The translations under genes and the position numbers were made by a program. The notes beneath the pieces were generated by a model. It had not been told where the DNA came from and ran no database searches. It saw only the letters and a program-made list of their open reading frames with translations. From IMG/VR virus record IMGVR_UViG_3300028048_000097, positions 1 to 64,000 of that record: 64,000 nucleotides of DNA; one strand, 5' to 3'. This document shows, one piece after another, positions 48,906-62,261 of this stretch. The stretch is from a virus. Taxonomy: Duplodnaviria > Caudoviricetes. The stretch's first letter is position 1; each line of letters starts with the position of its first letter.

Positions 48906-51900
48906 ATGAATGTAAAATTAGAATTAAAAAAGTATAAACAAGAAGGTGATATGGCTCATGAGTATAATCCATTAAGGAATGTACTTGATGAAAACAACCA
49001 AATTGTAGATTTTGATACAGATGAATTAAATATTGATTTAAATCATCCATTAAATTTGGAATGTCAACCTTCTTACGACGGAACTGTTAATTTAATTATC
49101 AATGATGATAAAAATCCGCCAAGAATTATAAATACAAGATTTAGTAAGATTGAGGATGATCGTTACAAGATTATAAATAGAAATCAAAGAGAGCAAACAA
49201 ATCTTTATAAAGTTGGAAAAATAGATCAGCAAACCAGATTGTTTAGAAATATTAATTCCATTCCAAAAATTGATTTAATAAACGTAACAAACGTTGGACA
49301 ATTAATGGGCGGCAATTATACTTTTTATATTAAATTTGCTGATAATGATTATAATAAAACTGATGTTGTTGCTGAATCTGGAATAGTTTCTATATTTAAA
49401 GGATATAGTAATAGAATAAATACAATCTCCGGTACTATTTTTAACGAACGTACTGATAAAGCAATTAAACTTCGTATTTCAAACGTTGATACGTCTTTTT
49501 CAAAAATATATGTTTATTATATTAGAGAAACTTGCGATCAAAACGGCTTTAGAATAACTAAAGCTGGAATGTATCAACATCCTTATGAAATTCGTGATAA
49601 TGTTGTTGATATTATAATTAATGGTTTTGAGGATGAAGAAGAACTTACTCCTGAAGAAATTAATATACAATATAATATTGTTACTGCCGCTAAAACTCAG
49701 GCACAAGTTCAAAATATGCTTTTCTTTGGAAATGTTCAAAGTAATATGGTAGATGTTAAAAATTTACAAAATATATCATATTTTATTCCTGTTACTTTAA
49801 AACAAAAAGATAGTATTGGTTGAATAAGTGCAAAAGATTATTCTCAAAAATTTGGTGACGATATCGATCAAACAGAATATTATAGTACTAATAATATATA
49901 TTATAATCTTGGTTATTGGCCAGATGAAATATATAGATTAGGGGTTGTATATATACTAAATGATGATTCTTTAACTCCTGTATTTAATCTTAGAGGCCAT
50001 AACTTTTCAAACATCGATGAATATAATTTTGATACCGATGAGCCGTTGTATTCTGAGGTACAAGATGAATTTGGTATAACGAAAAAGGTTATGAATTATC
50101 TAGAAAGAGATGAATTTTTAACTAGTAAAAAATTTCTAGATAATACGTTTGGAGTGTTTAAAACACCAGACGTAACTATTATTAATTATGAAGAAACCTC
50201 TGTTAATAATAGTCAAACTGTAAAACCGTTGTATTTTAAAATGGAAATTACAGATGAAATTAAAAACGCTCTTAAACAGTTTAACGTTAAAGGATTGTTT
50301 TTTGTTAGACAGAAACGTATTCCTACCAACTTAGGACAAGGATTTTCTGTAGGTATCGATAGAATAAGCAATACTCCTATTATTTGAGATAGTACTAGAA
50401 ATTCAAATAAGGGTGCGTATATAGCAGAAAGTTTTTTAACTAATGATAATACACTTAGTACAAGTTTTGAATCGCATATTATAGAAACTCAAAATTCTCA
50501 ATGTTCTGGTTTACTTTGTGTAGATGCAATGGTTGATACACAACTACAAGCAAATTTTGACGGTAGTGAGTTTATTTTAAAACCACAATTTCAAGCAAAA
50601 CCTAATGGTAATTCTATAGCAAGAAATAAACGTCATTATTATGTAACAGATACGGCCGCCGTTAATAATGTTCCACAAAATAGTCAGGTACAATCTACAT
50701 TAATATATGTTGATTCTGAAACACCAATGAAATATATTAATGGTTTGGGATATTCTACAAAATGCGGAATGGCAGAAGATGTAAGTAAGTTTTCTTTCTT
50801 TTCAGAAACAAATAAGCGAGACGCAACTAATAAAATTTTACGTGGTGTATATTGCCCGTTTTTAGGTACTAATCAAAATTTAAATAAAAATACAGTATAT
50901 ACAATTAAAGTTCCTAATTATTCTGGAGCTCTTATTAAAGATTATTTTTCCATAAGAGGTAAAGATACCGCACCATTTTATGCAATATCTGATAGATATG
51001 GAATAGATAATAGCTTTAATGTTGATTGTTTTAGAGGAGATTGCTATTCTAATACAGTTACTGTTAGAATAAATAGAAATTTTGTTGATTCTGAAGTTCC
51101 AGTTACAGATATAATTATTGATCCTGATACATGAAAAAATAACTACAAAGGTTATTTTAATATGATTAATAATGTTGAACCTGATGAAGATACAGATAAA
51201 GATAAAATTGGTAATTTTGCTAATATAAATAGAGCGGATGTAAATACAGTACCGCTCGGTATTTGAGTTACATATAAATGCTTATCAAATTATAATTTAG
51301 GTTTACGTACAATTGATTCTAGTAATAGTAGTGAATATGCGTTAATGGGTAGTCCTAGAGCATTTTATCCTGTTATTGATATGTCTGTAGCATCAGCTCA
51401 AAAAATTGAAGAATCTAAATTATTAAACGATGGTTATAATTCAACCGTTGGTCAAAGACGTAATTTTATTGTTGACAACGTACCTTATATTAAAGATATA
51501 TACGATAATAGAATTATGTTTAGTAATGTACAACGTGAAGATGATTTTCAAAATGCTTATAGAATATTCCAAGGCTTATCGTTTAAAGATATAGATAGGC
51601 AATATGGAGCAATAGTTAAACTTATACCTTATGGTGTTAATTTATTCTGCGTATTTGAACATGGATTAGGTATTATACCTATTAATGAAAAAGCTTTATT
51701 GTCTACCACAACAGGTCAATCTATACACATGTATGGAGCTGGTGTTATACAGAATCAAATTAGTTTAATATCTCCTGATTTCGGTAGTATATGGTCAGAA
51801 TCTGTAATAAGAACTCCTATTGGTATATACGGTGTTGACACATACGCTAAGAAAATTTGGCGTTATTCAGAAAAAGGATTAGAAACTATTTCTGATATGA

Positions 51901-53390
51901 AAGTTCAAAGATTCTTAAACGATAATATAAAATTATACGAACAAGACAAATATCCAATTGTAGCGTTAAAAAACGTTAAAAGTCATTTTAATAATTATAA
52001 AGGCGACGTAATGTTTACTTTTTATAATGAGTTAAAAGACACCACATGGAATCTATGTTATAATGAACGTATGAATAAATGAATAACTCGCTATTCTTGA
52101 ACACCATTATATTCTGAAAATATTAATAATATATTTTATAGTTTGGATCAAGATAGAGCTAAAATTTTAAGTTATATTTATAATAATCAAAATTGTACTT
52201 TTGGAGTAAGAGTTAACAATGGAGAAAATAAATGAACTATTACTGATGTAAATAATAATCATACGATTCATTTATCTACTGTTGGATACGATTTACCAAA
52301 TCAATATGAATATATTATAGAATCTTTTGAAACTGCGTATTTAGATAAAAATGATAATCAAATAGATATAAAAGTTACAAATTATGGAAATGCGTTTTTA
52401 ATATCTGATAATATTTTAACAATAAATCAAATTAATTTAATTGATGTTTTATCTACTATTACAAAAAACGCTATTGATTATGTACCAGCATTTTTAAAGA
52501 TAAATTTAAAAGTTAAATTAAGTACAGTTATTGATAAAAAATATGATTTAGATACCGATACAGCATTTACTTATATTCATGATGTTTTAGGTATTGTTGT
52601 TGATAATAAAGTATTAGAAGGAAATGATGTTGATAAATATACAAAACAAAAGAAAGCGTTTTTACAAAATGGTTTTTATGTTCATGGTAAAGCTGGTATA
52701 TTTAATCAAATAAATTATCGTGATGCTTCGTTTGAAAATGAAATATTGCCTACTAAATGATACGAAAGACAAGAACGATTTGAATTTGAATTTGTTGTAA
52801 ATGATCAAATCGGATTACATAAAATATTTGACAATCTTGTTATTATTTCTAATAATGTACAGCCTAAACAAATTGAGTATGAAATTATAGGTGATGTATA
52901 TAAATTTAATAAAACTGGTATATTCAGAAGTGAGCAAACTTGGCAAAGTGAATGGGATACTACTTATAATAAACCTAAGTTTATGGTGGCTAACGAGAAA
53001 CGAGCTCATAGTGGACAAGTAAAACAAGTTAAATACCAATCCTCTCAAGACTTTGATAATTGTAGAGTTGTCTGAGATGATGTACTAAATCAGTATTCGT
53101 TAATTACCACACAAGATTGCAAAAATATTGAAGAATGGGGTAGAAGATTGGGTAATATACATTATAAAGAGGATTCTTGATATGTTACTATAGAACCTAT
53201 CAAATATAAAGAAAAATATCGTATTAATGATGGTGATGTTGATGATTGATCAGGTATAAAAGAAAAATATAGTAAAACAAAAGAAGCAAGAATTCGTGAT
53301 AAATTTGTAAAGATAAGAGTGAAATATACTGGTGAGGACATGGTTATTATTACAGCTCTTAGAACAATATTAACACCAAGTTATAGTTAG
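48906..53390 (+). CDS. Tail stabilization/muzzle protein 2 (about 1494 aa, beta-propeller-like); TGA=Trp
   Basis: Fragments 48906, 50046, 50529 and 51345 share a frame. Motifs LGYWPDEIYRLGVVY, YGVDTYAKKIWR and EARIRDKFVKIRVKYTG. TAG at 53388-53390. Confidence 0.8.
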
Positions 53391-53392
53391 TT

Positions 53393-54550
53393 ATGGCGTT
53401 ACCTTCGATTAATAATAGTGCTACAAAAGCTGCTAATAATGTAAAAGCTCAATCTAGTACTAATGGGCCTACTCCTGGTAGTGGTAATAAAACGCCTGGT
53501 GGAACAACAGGGTTTAATTGGTTAAATGTAGCTGGTTTATTTGGGCAGGCCGCTACAATAGGAACCTCTTTATTTGGTAAAACATATGACGATAATTCTG
53601 GGTTTGAAGATGAACAAGCTGTTGCACAAATAGCTAGTAATTTTGGACCTTGAGGACAGTTAGCTGCAGGATTAGCATCAGTATCTTCTCAAATAACTAG
53701 AGCTGCTGATATTAATACAAGTAAAATATCAGAAAGAGCTAAAGAAGCTTCTGGCATGTCTGGATTTGGACAATTTGCTAACAACACATTAAATTGAATG
53801 AATAATACTACATTTGGTTTATTGGGTGGATTTGGGGCACTTCCTAAAACTCAAGATTATAATATGTCTAGGGAAGCAGAAATGTTATCTGGTGCTTATT
53901 CTGGAACTACAAGTGATATGAGAGCTGCAGAAGATGTTGCAGGTAGCAGATTTTTCTTTGGAAAAAATAAATTAAACAATCTTGTAGATTCTTCTATAAT
54001 GAATGATGATTTAATATCAAATTTAGGTATTAAAAATAATAATACCATATCTAGTGTTCCATATAATGCAGATATGATTAATTTTAGAAATTTCAGAAAA
54101 ATGTACGGAATGACTGGACAGAATTATAATACACGTGTTGGTAAACAAGGTATGAAAATGCTTTCTAGAGAAGAATTAGATAAAATATATTCTGCGAGAA
54201 AACCTGAGTTATCTGATGTTAGTAAATTACAAAATGGAGGTTCTATTTTAATTCCAGATGGAGCGTTACATGCACATAAACATCATATGGAAGATGTAAA
54301 TCCAGAATTAGCAGAAGAACTTACAAAAAAAGGTATTCCTGTTGTTACTACTGATGAAAATGGAGAAGTTAAACAAGTTGCCGAAATAGAAAAAGAGGAA
54401 ATTACGTTATCTTCTGAATTAACAGCAGAAATAGAAAAGCTTTGGAAATCTGGAGAAGAAGACGATATGATTAAAGCCGGTAAGTTAATTGTAGATGCAT
54501 TATTCAATGATAGTACAGATAATGCTGGATTAATAGATAAAGTTGAATAA
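53393..54550 (+). CDS. Putative cargo/ejected virion protein with Gly-rich hydrophobic segments; TGA=Trp
   Basis: Fragments 53393 and 53798 are in frame. Contains FGPWGQLAAGLA and KLQNGGSILIPDGALHAHKH...AEIEKEEI. Confidence 0.7.
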
Positions 54551-55701
54551 TGGAATATGAGGAGCTTGGTTTTAAATTAAGTAAAAAGGATGCTTTAGAA
54601 TTAAGTGAGTGTATAGATGTGGACAAATATATAGCTAATTTGGCTTTAAAGGATGTATTAACTAAGAGAATTCATGTTGGACAGGCTTATAGTAAGAAAT
54701 CTGGAATTTATATTATTTATAATACAGCTAATTCAAAAAAATACATTGGTTCTGCTAAAACATTTATTTCAAGAATTACATCACATTGTAAATTATTAAA
54801 TGATAAAAATCATTTTAGTAAAAAACTTCAAAATGATATTAATTCTTTGGGAATTGAAACTTTTTTTATTAAACTTTTTCCATATACAATTGATCGAGAT
54901 TTATTATTTGATTTAGAATCATTTTTAATTTTAAAATACAATACAATAAACAATGGATATAATACTTTAGTTGATTCTAGATATAAAGCTATATCTGAAG
55001 ATTACAAAAAGGTTATTGGGGAAAGATTGTCTAAAGCGAATAAAGGTATTCCGAAATCATTAGAACATAGACAAAAATGCGGAATTTCTATTTCATTAAC
55101 AAATCGTGCTGATGGAAATCCTTTTTCAAAATTAACTAAAGACGATGTTATATGAATTAGGTCTAATTTTAAAAGTTTTTCTATAATAGAATTATGTAAT
55201 AAGTTTAACGTATCAAAAAATGTAATAAGAAGTATTTTACATTTAAGATCGTGAAATTATACAGATTGTATTCCAGAAAATTATATAGTTCCTACTAGAA
55301 TTAAACGGAATGATCAATTATCAGATTCTGATATTTTATTTATTAGAAATAATTTATCTAAATACTATATATCTGATTTTTGTAAAAAGTACAACTGTAC
55401 TCGTAAAGTTATATCTGGAATTATTTATTTATCAACTTATAATTATCCTAATTTAATACCTTATAATTATAATCCTAATGTTTTATTATCAGAACATTAT
55501 TGTAAAATTCCAGATAAAGAAGTTTTAATAATTAGACAAACTTATAAGGAGTATACTTTAAGTCAATTAGCTGCCAAATACAAAGTAAAAGAACAAAGTA
55601 TAATAAATTTATTAAATTTAAAAAGTTGGAGAAAAGAAAGATATATTCCAAAGGATTATGTTAAACCAGATAAACAATGATTTTCTAATGATAGACTATA
55701 A
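54550..55701 (+). CDS. Free-standing GIY-YIG endonuclease with a NUMOD3-like motif and three C-terminal HTH repeats; TGA=Trp
   Basis: SGIYIIYN...KKYIGSA...R...H. KGIPKSLEHRQK. Repeats of the form L...V..IR......EL..KF.VS...I..IL....W. TAA at 55699-55701. Confidence 0.85.
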
Positions 55702-56311
55702 AAATTTACCAAGTATCGATATAACAATTAACAATAAAACATATAATTTGCTTGTAGCAAAAACTGATGAAGAAAAGGAATATGGATTAAAAGGAGTAAA
55801 AGAATTAGATAACTCCGAAGGCATGTGATTTTCATATGAAGATGCTCCGCAGAAAGAACTTACATTTTGAATGGAATCAACTTCTTTAAAATTAAATATA
55901 GCTTTTATAAACGAGAATTATGAAATTATTGAAGTTCTTAAAGGGGAACCAAATTCTTTAGAGTATCTTACTTGTATTGCCCCAGATAATTCTTTTATTA
56001 TTGCAGTTATTGAATTAAATCAATCGGAAAATATTAAATCTGGAGATGAAGTAGAAATTCTTGATGAGTCTGATTTACAAGATTTACCAACCAGTAAATT
56101 ACTTGTATTAAATGATGATGGCACAGTACAGTTTGACTTAGGTTCTGGTAGTAATCGAATATTTTCAAGAATTAGTTCTAGAGTAATTATTCATAAAGCT
56201 AAAAAAGCAGCTTCTTCTAAATCAGATACAGATTATAAAGCTCTTGGCCGATATATATTTAAAGAATTAGACAGACAGGATAATAGAGATCCAGAATATG
56301 TTGAAAAATAG
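55688..56311 (+). CDS. DUF192 (UPF0127)-like protein; TGA=Trp
   Basis: LLVAKTDEEKEYGL...EGMWF...TFWMESTSLKLNIAFI...VIELN matches the DUF192 consensus, with FWM restored by TGA=Trp. Confidence 0.75.
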
Positions 56312-56320
56312 TATAAAATA

Positions 56321-56352
56321 TTTGTTTAATTTAAAATTATTCGCTATATTTG
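56321..56352 (+). promoter_or_regulatory. Bacteroidota primary-sigma promoter
   Basis: tttg at 56321-56324, a 20-nt spacer, then tatatttg at 56345-56352. Confidence 0.75.
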
Positions 56353-56373
56353 CGCATTAAATATGTGTAATAT

Positions 56374-57291
56374 ATGAGTAAATTAACTACAGAAGAGTTT
56401 ATAGAAAAAGCAAAAAAGATTCATGGGGATAAGTATGACTACTCTAAAGTTAATTATGTCAGATCAAGTGAAAAAGTTTGTATTATTTGCCCTGACCATG
56501 GCGAGTTTTGACAAATAGCTAATTGCCATCTTCAGGGACAAAACTGTCCAAAATGTAGTGCTATTAACAGAATTAATAGTTTAAAATGTTCCCAAGAAGA
56601 GTTAATATCAAGATTCAGAAAAATTCATGGAAATTTATATGAATATGATTTTTCAAATTATACTACGATAAATGGATATTTGGACATAAAGTGTCTTAAA
56701 CATAATTATTGATTTAAACAAAAAACATCTCACCACTTAAGTGGTCATGGATGCCCTATATGTTTTTCTGGTAAAAAAATGACTACTGAGGAATTTATAA
56801 TAAAAGCTAGAGAAGTTCATGGTAATACTTATGATTATAGTAAAGTTGTATATAATGGTAAAGATATTCCTGTAGAAATAATTTGCCCATCGCATGGTTC
56901 ATTTTGACAAAAACCACACAATCATATTTCTGGTTGTGGATGTCCTAATTGTAAACCATTAAAAACTCAACAAAAAATATATGAATTTTTGTGTAAAAGT
57001 TTTCCAAACGTTGATTGAAAATGGGAATGTTCACCAGAGTGATTAAAACCTCAACGATTTGACATATATAGTTATAAACATAATTTAGCAATCGAATATA
57101 ATGGAAAACAACACTATGTACCTTTAAAATGTTTTGGAGGTCAATTATCATTTAATGATACAGTCAGACGAGATGCTTTAAAATCTAATAAATGTGCTGA
57201 TAATAATTGTAAATTATATATAATAAAATATGATAATATAGATTATGATAAAATTAAAGAAGATATTAACAATTTAATTAACAATACTTAA
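56374..57291 (+). CDS. Free-standing endonuclease: three Zn-binding DUF723-like repeats plus a Vsr/PD-(D/E)xK-like nuclease (305 aa); TGA=Trp; absent from the ORF track
   Basis: Three repeats of FIEKAKKIHGDKYDYSKV...ICPDHGEFWQ...H..G..CP.C, then RFDIY...LAIEYNGKQHY...RD..K...C. TAA at 57289-57291. Confidence 0.85.
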
Positions 57292-57293
57292 TT

Positions 57294-57647
57294 ATGAAAA
57301 TCAAGTCTTATGATTCAATAAAAAAATTGCAAGAAGGTGGAGCACTACCTGCTGATCCTAGTCAGGGTGCAGCTCCAGCTCCAGCTCCTGCTCAAGGTGG
57401 AGTTGAAGAGCAGCTTGCTCAGTTAGCTCAACAGTTAGTGGAAATGCTAATGCAGCAAATCGGTGATCCTCAAGCTGTTATGATGGTTCTTCAAATGGCA
57501 GCTGAAATGTTACAAGGTGCTCAGCAGCCAGTTGGTGCAGTTCCTGAGGAAGGTCAAGCATTCATGAGAAAAGGTGGAAAAATCATGAAATGCGGTGCTA
57601 AAATGAAATCAAAGAAAGCTTGCGGTGGTGCTAAGCTTAGCAAGTAG
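57294..57647 (+). CDS. Small Q/A/M-rich putative core/cargo protein
   Basis: 117 aa with KKLQEGG and RKGGKI motifs, followed by a terminator. Confidence 0.7.
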   Translation: MKIKSYDSIKKLQEGGALPADPSQGAAPAPAPAQGGVEEQLAQLAQQLVEMLMQQIGDPQAVMMVLQMAAEMLQGAQQPVGAVPEEGQAFMRKGGKIMKCGAKMKSKKACGGAKLSK

Positions 57648-57656
57648 AAAACTCAT

Positions 57657-57691
57657 AGGAGGTTGAGGCGCAAACCTCAATCTCCTTTTTT
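57657..57691 (+). terminator. Intrinsic terminator
   Basis: Stem aggaggttgagg / cctcaatctcct followed by a T-tract. Confidence 0.75.
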
Positions 57692-57703
57692 ATTATTAAT
57701 AAT

Positions 57704-60700
57704 ATGTCACAAGTAAAAAAATTAGCAAAAGGTGGCACTTTTATAATCGATGGCCAAGAACTTACCGGAACTGATGCCATTAATGCTGTCAGACCTTATT
57801 TAGGTGAGACTACTGGTGGCATTATGAATGCTCTACAAGAGGGTGCTACTGTAAATTATAATTCTGGAAATAATACAATCTCTATTGTAGATAGTAATGG
57901 TAAAGATCGTGTATATGATTATTTACCTGCAAGCGTTAAAGCTTCTACAATGGATAGTAGACTTAAAAAAGATTTTGGAGCTACATTTCATACAAAAACA
58001 GATCAATTTAAACGTGAACTTTCAGATTTAAAACGTGCTTATATTGCAAAACCTTCTACTACAGAAACTACTCCTGATTTAAAAGCTCTTGCTCGTGGTT
58101 CTGGTTATTTTTATACTAAAGATAAAGATGGAAAATCTATATATCTTGAAGGTCCAGAAAATAATAATAGACTAGAAACAATAAAAGCAATACGTGCTTA
58201 TCTTGAAGGCGATGACGATTTTAGAAAAGGATATAAAACAGAAGGTTGAAAACAAGCTGATCTTGATGCTTTAAAAAATTGAGTAAATAATCCTACTGTT
58301 TCTACAGACCGCGATGCTTATTGAAAAGGGCTATTTGATAGAATTAGGGGTAATAATCTTAGTGATATAGATAAACAGACTCTTAATTTAATGGGATTTA
58401 GTGAAGGAGTTGATAATGCTGGTTCTGATAGTAGTGGAAATTCTAATAAACCTACTATTGACAAAGATTGAATTGGAAATAGAGAAGCTGCCGAATCAGC
58501 TGGTATTGGTATAGGCAAAGATTCGGATGGAAATTGAATTATTATAGGTGACAATCCGTATGCAAGAGATACTTGGTATGCTCGCGATATGCCATTTTTA
58601 AAAGGAACTCCTTTTGAAACAGGTGCTATCCATAACGGGCGTTTATACACAGAAGGAGATGTCTTTAGTGGTAAATATGGAGACCTTTCTGCAGCAATGG
58701 CTCCTTTTATAAGTGCGTTTAGAGATGAAGCTTCTGATTGGAATACACGTTGAAACAATGCATATAATTCTGGCGTTAAGTGATATAATATGGATAATAA
58801 CATATATGCTAATGCTGGAGATCCTACAAAAGGTTATGCTCAATATTGATCACGTTATTTTACAGATAATAATTTATCTGGTAATTATAACATGATAGAC
58901 GTTTCAAACGCATTCAATAATTTAGGAAATCGTCAAGTTGTATCTTATATTGACGGTACTACAAAAAATCGTTATGGAATTGACGAACCGATATATTTAG
59001 TTAGGAATGAAGATAATACTATTACTAAATATGATAACTATAATCAATTACTAGCTAATTCTGGCTTAACTGAAAATCCTGATATCTATGGCTTTGCACC
59101 TAAAGATATAACTATAAATCCTTATCAAAATATTCGTGGTAAAGATTATGCAGAATATCAACGTTTTGGAAAGGATGGGCAAGAAAATACTGTTTTAGTT
59201 GGCCGTGATGGGTATTTATATTTAGATAGAGGGGACGCAAAACCTAAACGTATTTATGATATTGAAAAACTTAAAAATATACTGGCTGGTCAAGCTTTTG
59301 AAAATAAAGACCTTGATGCTATTACCTTAACTAAAGGTGAATATCGTTGAAATCTTGCAGCACCATTTAGACAAAAACGGAGTCAGATGATTAATAATGA
59401 ATCAATAAGAAAAAATGAACGTAATAATAGTTCGTTAAACAAGTTTCAATGGGGTGGTTCTATACAAAAAGTTAAATCTTCTGCTGTATCAAACGATCCT
59501 TCTACCAAAAAACATGACTATACAAAAGCGCACGCTTTAGACGGTTCTGATGGTAAGTTAACTAGTGCAGAATGAATGCAAATTGGTGCTGCTGTTGGAG
59601 ATTTAGCTGGTGTTGGAATATCGTTTGTTCCTGGATTTGGTAATATTGCTGGTGCTACAACAGGTGCAGCGGCTTCTACAACTAAATTTATAGCAGATAT
59701 TAAGCAAGATGGCTATCAGAGAAAAGATCTTGGTAATTATCTAGCTAATCTTGGATTGGATGCTGCTACACTAATACCTGGGTTAGGAACTGGAGCTAAA
59801 GCTACCAAAGCTGCTAAAATTATTAAAGGGGTTGGTAAACCAATTATTAAATTATTATCTGCCACTGGTGCCGCAGCTCCAGTTATAATAGCTGTACAAA
59901 AAATTCAGAATGGTGAAAAATACACTTCTGAAGATTTAACTACTGCAATTCGTGGGTTAGGAGCAAGTTTTATTGCAGCTAAATCAATGAAGGATACTAT
60001 TGGAGAAGCAAGACTTGCAAAATCTGTTGCTACTAAAGCTGCACAATCTAGTAATAATATTACGAGTAACGGTATAACAAAAACAGCTGATGAAATCGCT
60101 TCCGCTATAAATGGAAAAACTCGTACTGAAGCCGCTAAAGAATTAAAGACTTTGTTTAAAAATGGTGAATCTGAATTATCTCAATCAGATGCTGTAAAAT
60201 TATTAGATGATTTAAATATTACTTGAAATAAAGGAAAAATTCAAAATTGAAAATTTAAAAATTTAGGTAAAAATTTAACAGGGGGTAATAGAGGTCACAA
60301 AACTGCAGAACTTATTCTTCAAGAACCACACAGTACATTCAGATATATGGTAAATCCTTTTACTAGATCTAAAGTTCTTGGTTCTGAGGCAGTATTTGGG
60401 TTTGGTAAAAATCAAGGTTTATTAAAAGATTTTGTATCTCCTCAAACAATGGCGGCCGCAAATAGATTACAGTCTATGCCTGGAAGAACACCATTGAAAG
60501 TGCAAGCTTTAAATAGAATAGCTGCAGAAAATCCAAATTTATTTGGAGATATGTTTACATTTGAAGGTAAAGTAGTAAGTCCTATTATCAGACAATATGG
60601 TCCATATTTTGGAGGAACTCGATATATGAGAATGGCTCCAGTTTGAACAAATTTAAGACCTATGAAAAACCCTAAAGCTCAAGGTATAACAGATGGATTA

Positions 60701-62260
60701 CAAGACTTTTCTACTAACATCGTTCCAAGTACTTTAAGAGATCCTAATTTTGTAAGAAGATCTAAAATGATTCATGATTATGCGTTACCTGCATCTAAAA
60801 CAAGTTATTGGAATAAAAATCTTTGAGCTGCTGCAATGGCTGAGGCATATAATCCGACTTTCTATAGAAAAGGTGGCAAAATTGTTAAAGCTCAACCAGG
60901 AACTCTTATTAAATATACAGATCCTGAATGAGTAAATCCTTTTGATAGAACATCTAGTACAAGTATAACTAGTTCGTCTAGTATGGATGGAAAAACCGGA
61001 AGTTTAACTAAAACTTTTTCTGGGTTAAATTTTGAACCGATTGATTCGAATAGATTTATATATGATCCAAATTATAGGCTAAATTTAAATCCTATTAATA
61101 AGCCATCACCTCAACAAAATTTAAATCTACCTTCGTTTAGAAATACTGTAAGAGAACCGTTAATTTCAGATGTTAGTCCTATGGCTAAATATACTGTACA
61201 TACGGCTTTAAAAAATGCACAGAAAGATGCGTTAAGTAATATAACAAATACAGATGCTATTTCTAACGCTAAAATAGAAAGGCCAGGTGGTGACCATGGT
61301 AAAGAGTGAGGTATAAATCAGGCAAATATAGCGGATTATATTGACACGTTTGGTAGAGTTCGTAGAGGTATTAATCAGGATAGAGATATTCAGAGAAGAG
61401 CTTTAGGCGAACTTTATAAAAGACAATTTTTAACACCAGAAATAGACAGAGCTAAGTATAATTTTTCTGATATTGAACAAGGTTATAATCAAACTACAAG
61501 TCCTTATCTTGAACAAAAGTTTGTTACATCCGACGCTAGAGATTCTATGGCATTTAAATTAAATAAAGCTCAGCAGTTATCTCAATTAGCTGGACAAAAG
61601 AATGCTCAAGTAACTCAACGTCAACTTCAGACAGATGATACAAATCGTCAAATTGATACTCAAAATGAAAATGCTAGAGCTCAGACAGCTAATGCAGTAA
61701 GTCAATATTTAACCAATTTAAATTATCAAGACGATATGCTTGATTCTGTTAGATTAAATAGATGAAATGCAGAAGGTATTGGCAGATTAAGTCAGCAAAT
61801 GAGACAGCAATTACGTGATTCTCAGAATAAGATTGCTACTGATACATATAATGAAGAACTTAAAAAAGTAATCAATGGTGAAAATCTTCGTATTAATTCT
61901 GAACTTAGAAATAAGTATGGTTCTGCCTGAAGTAAATTATCTAATGATGAAAAAAATAAATATGGAGATTTTCAAACTTATGCTTATACGCAAGATCCAG
62001 AATGGTATAAATCACTTAGTGAACCTTTAGATGGAACTGTTAGTAAAATGCAAGGTATTAGAAATTCTCTAGCGCAGGCAATGGGAGCTGGATTTTTCTA
62101 TAAATCAGGTGGCACTATTAACATAAGGAATACTAATAAAAATCAAAGATCTGCACAAGAGCAAATTGCTATTAATGGTGATAAAGCTGCTAAAAGATCT
62201 GTAGATGAATTATCTAGGGCATTACTTAAAATGCTTCAGCAATTACAAGCAATAAAATAA
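57704..62260 (+). CDS. Large putative cargo/ejection protein (about 1518 aa) with Gly/Ala-rich membrane-spanning-like segments; TGA=Trp
   Basis: Fragments 57704, 58892, 59387, 59576, 60347, 60983, 61547 and 62048 share one frame. Contains IGAAVGDLAGVGISFVPGFGNIAG and LGLDAATLIPGLG. Confidence 0.75.
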
Positions 62261-62261
62261 A

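Noticed and set aside
54530-55701. Target-site duplication around the second free-standing GIY-YIG gene
   Set aside because: Only a 7-nt AT-rich match (agataaa) was found, which is expected by chance.
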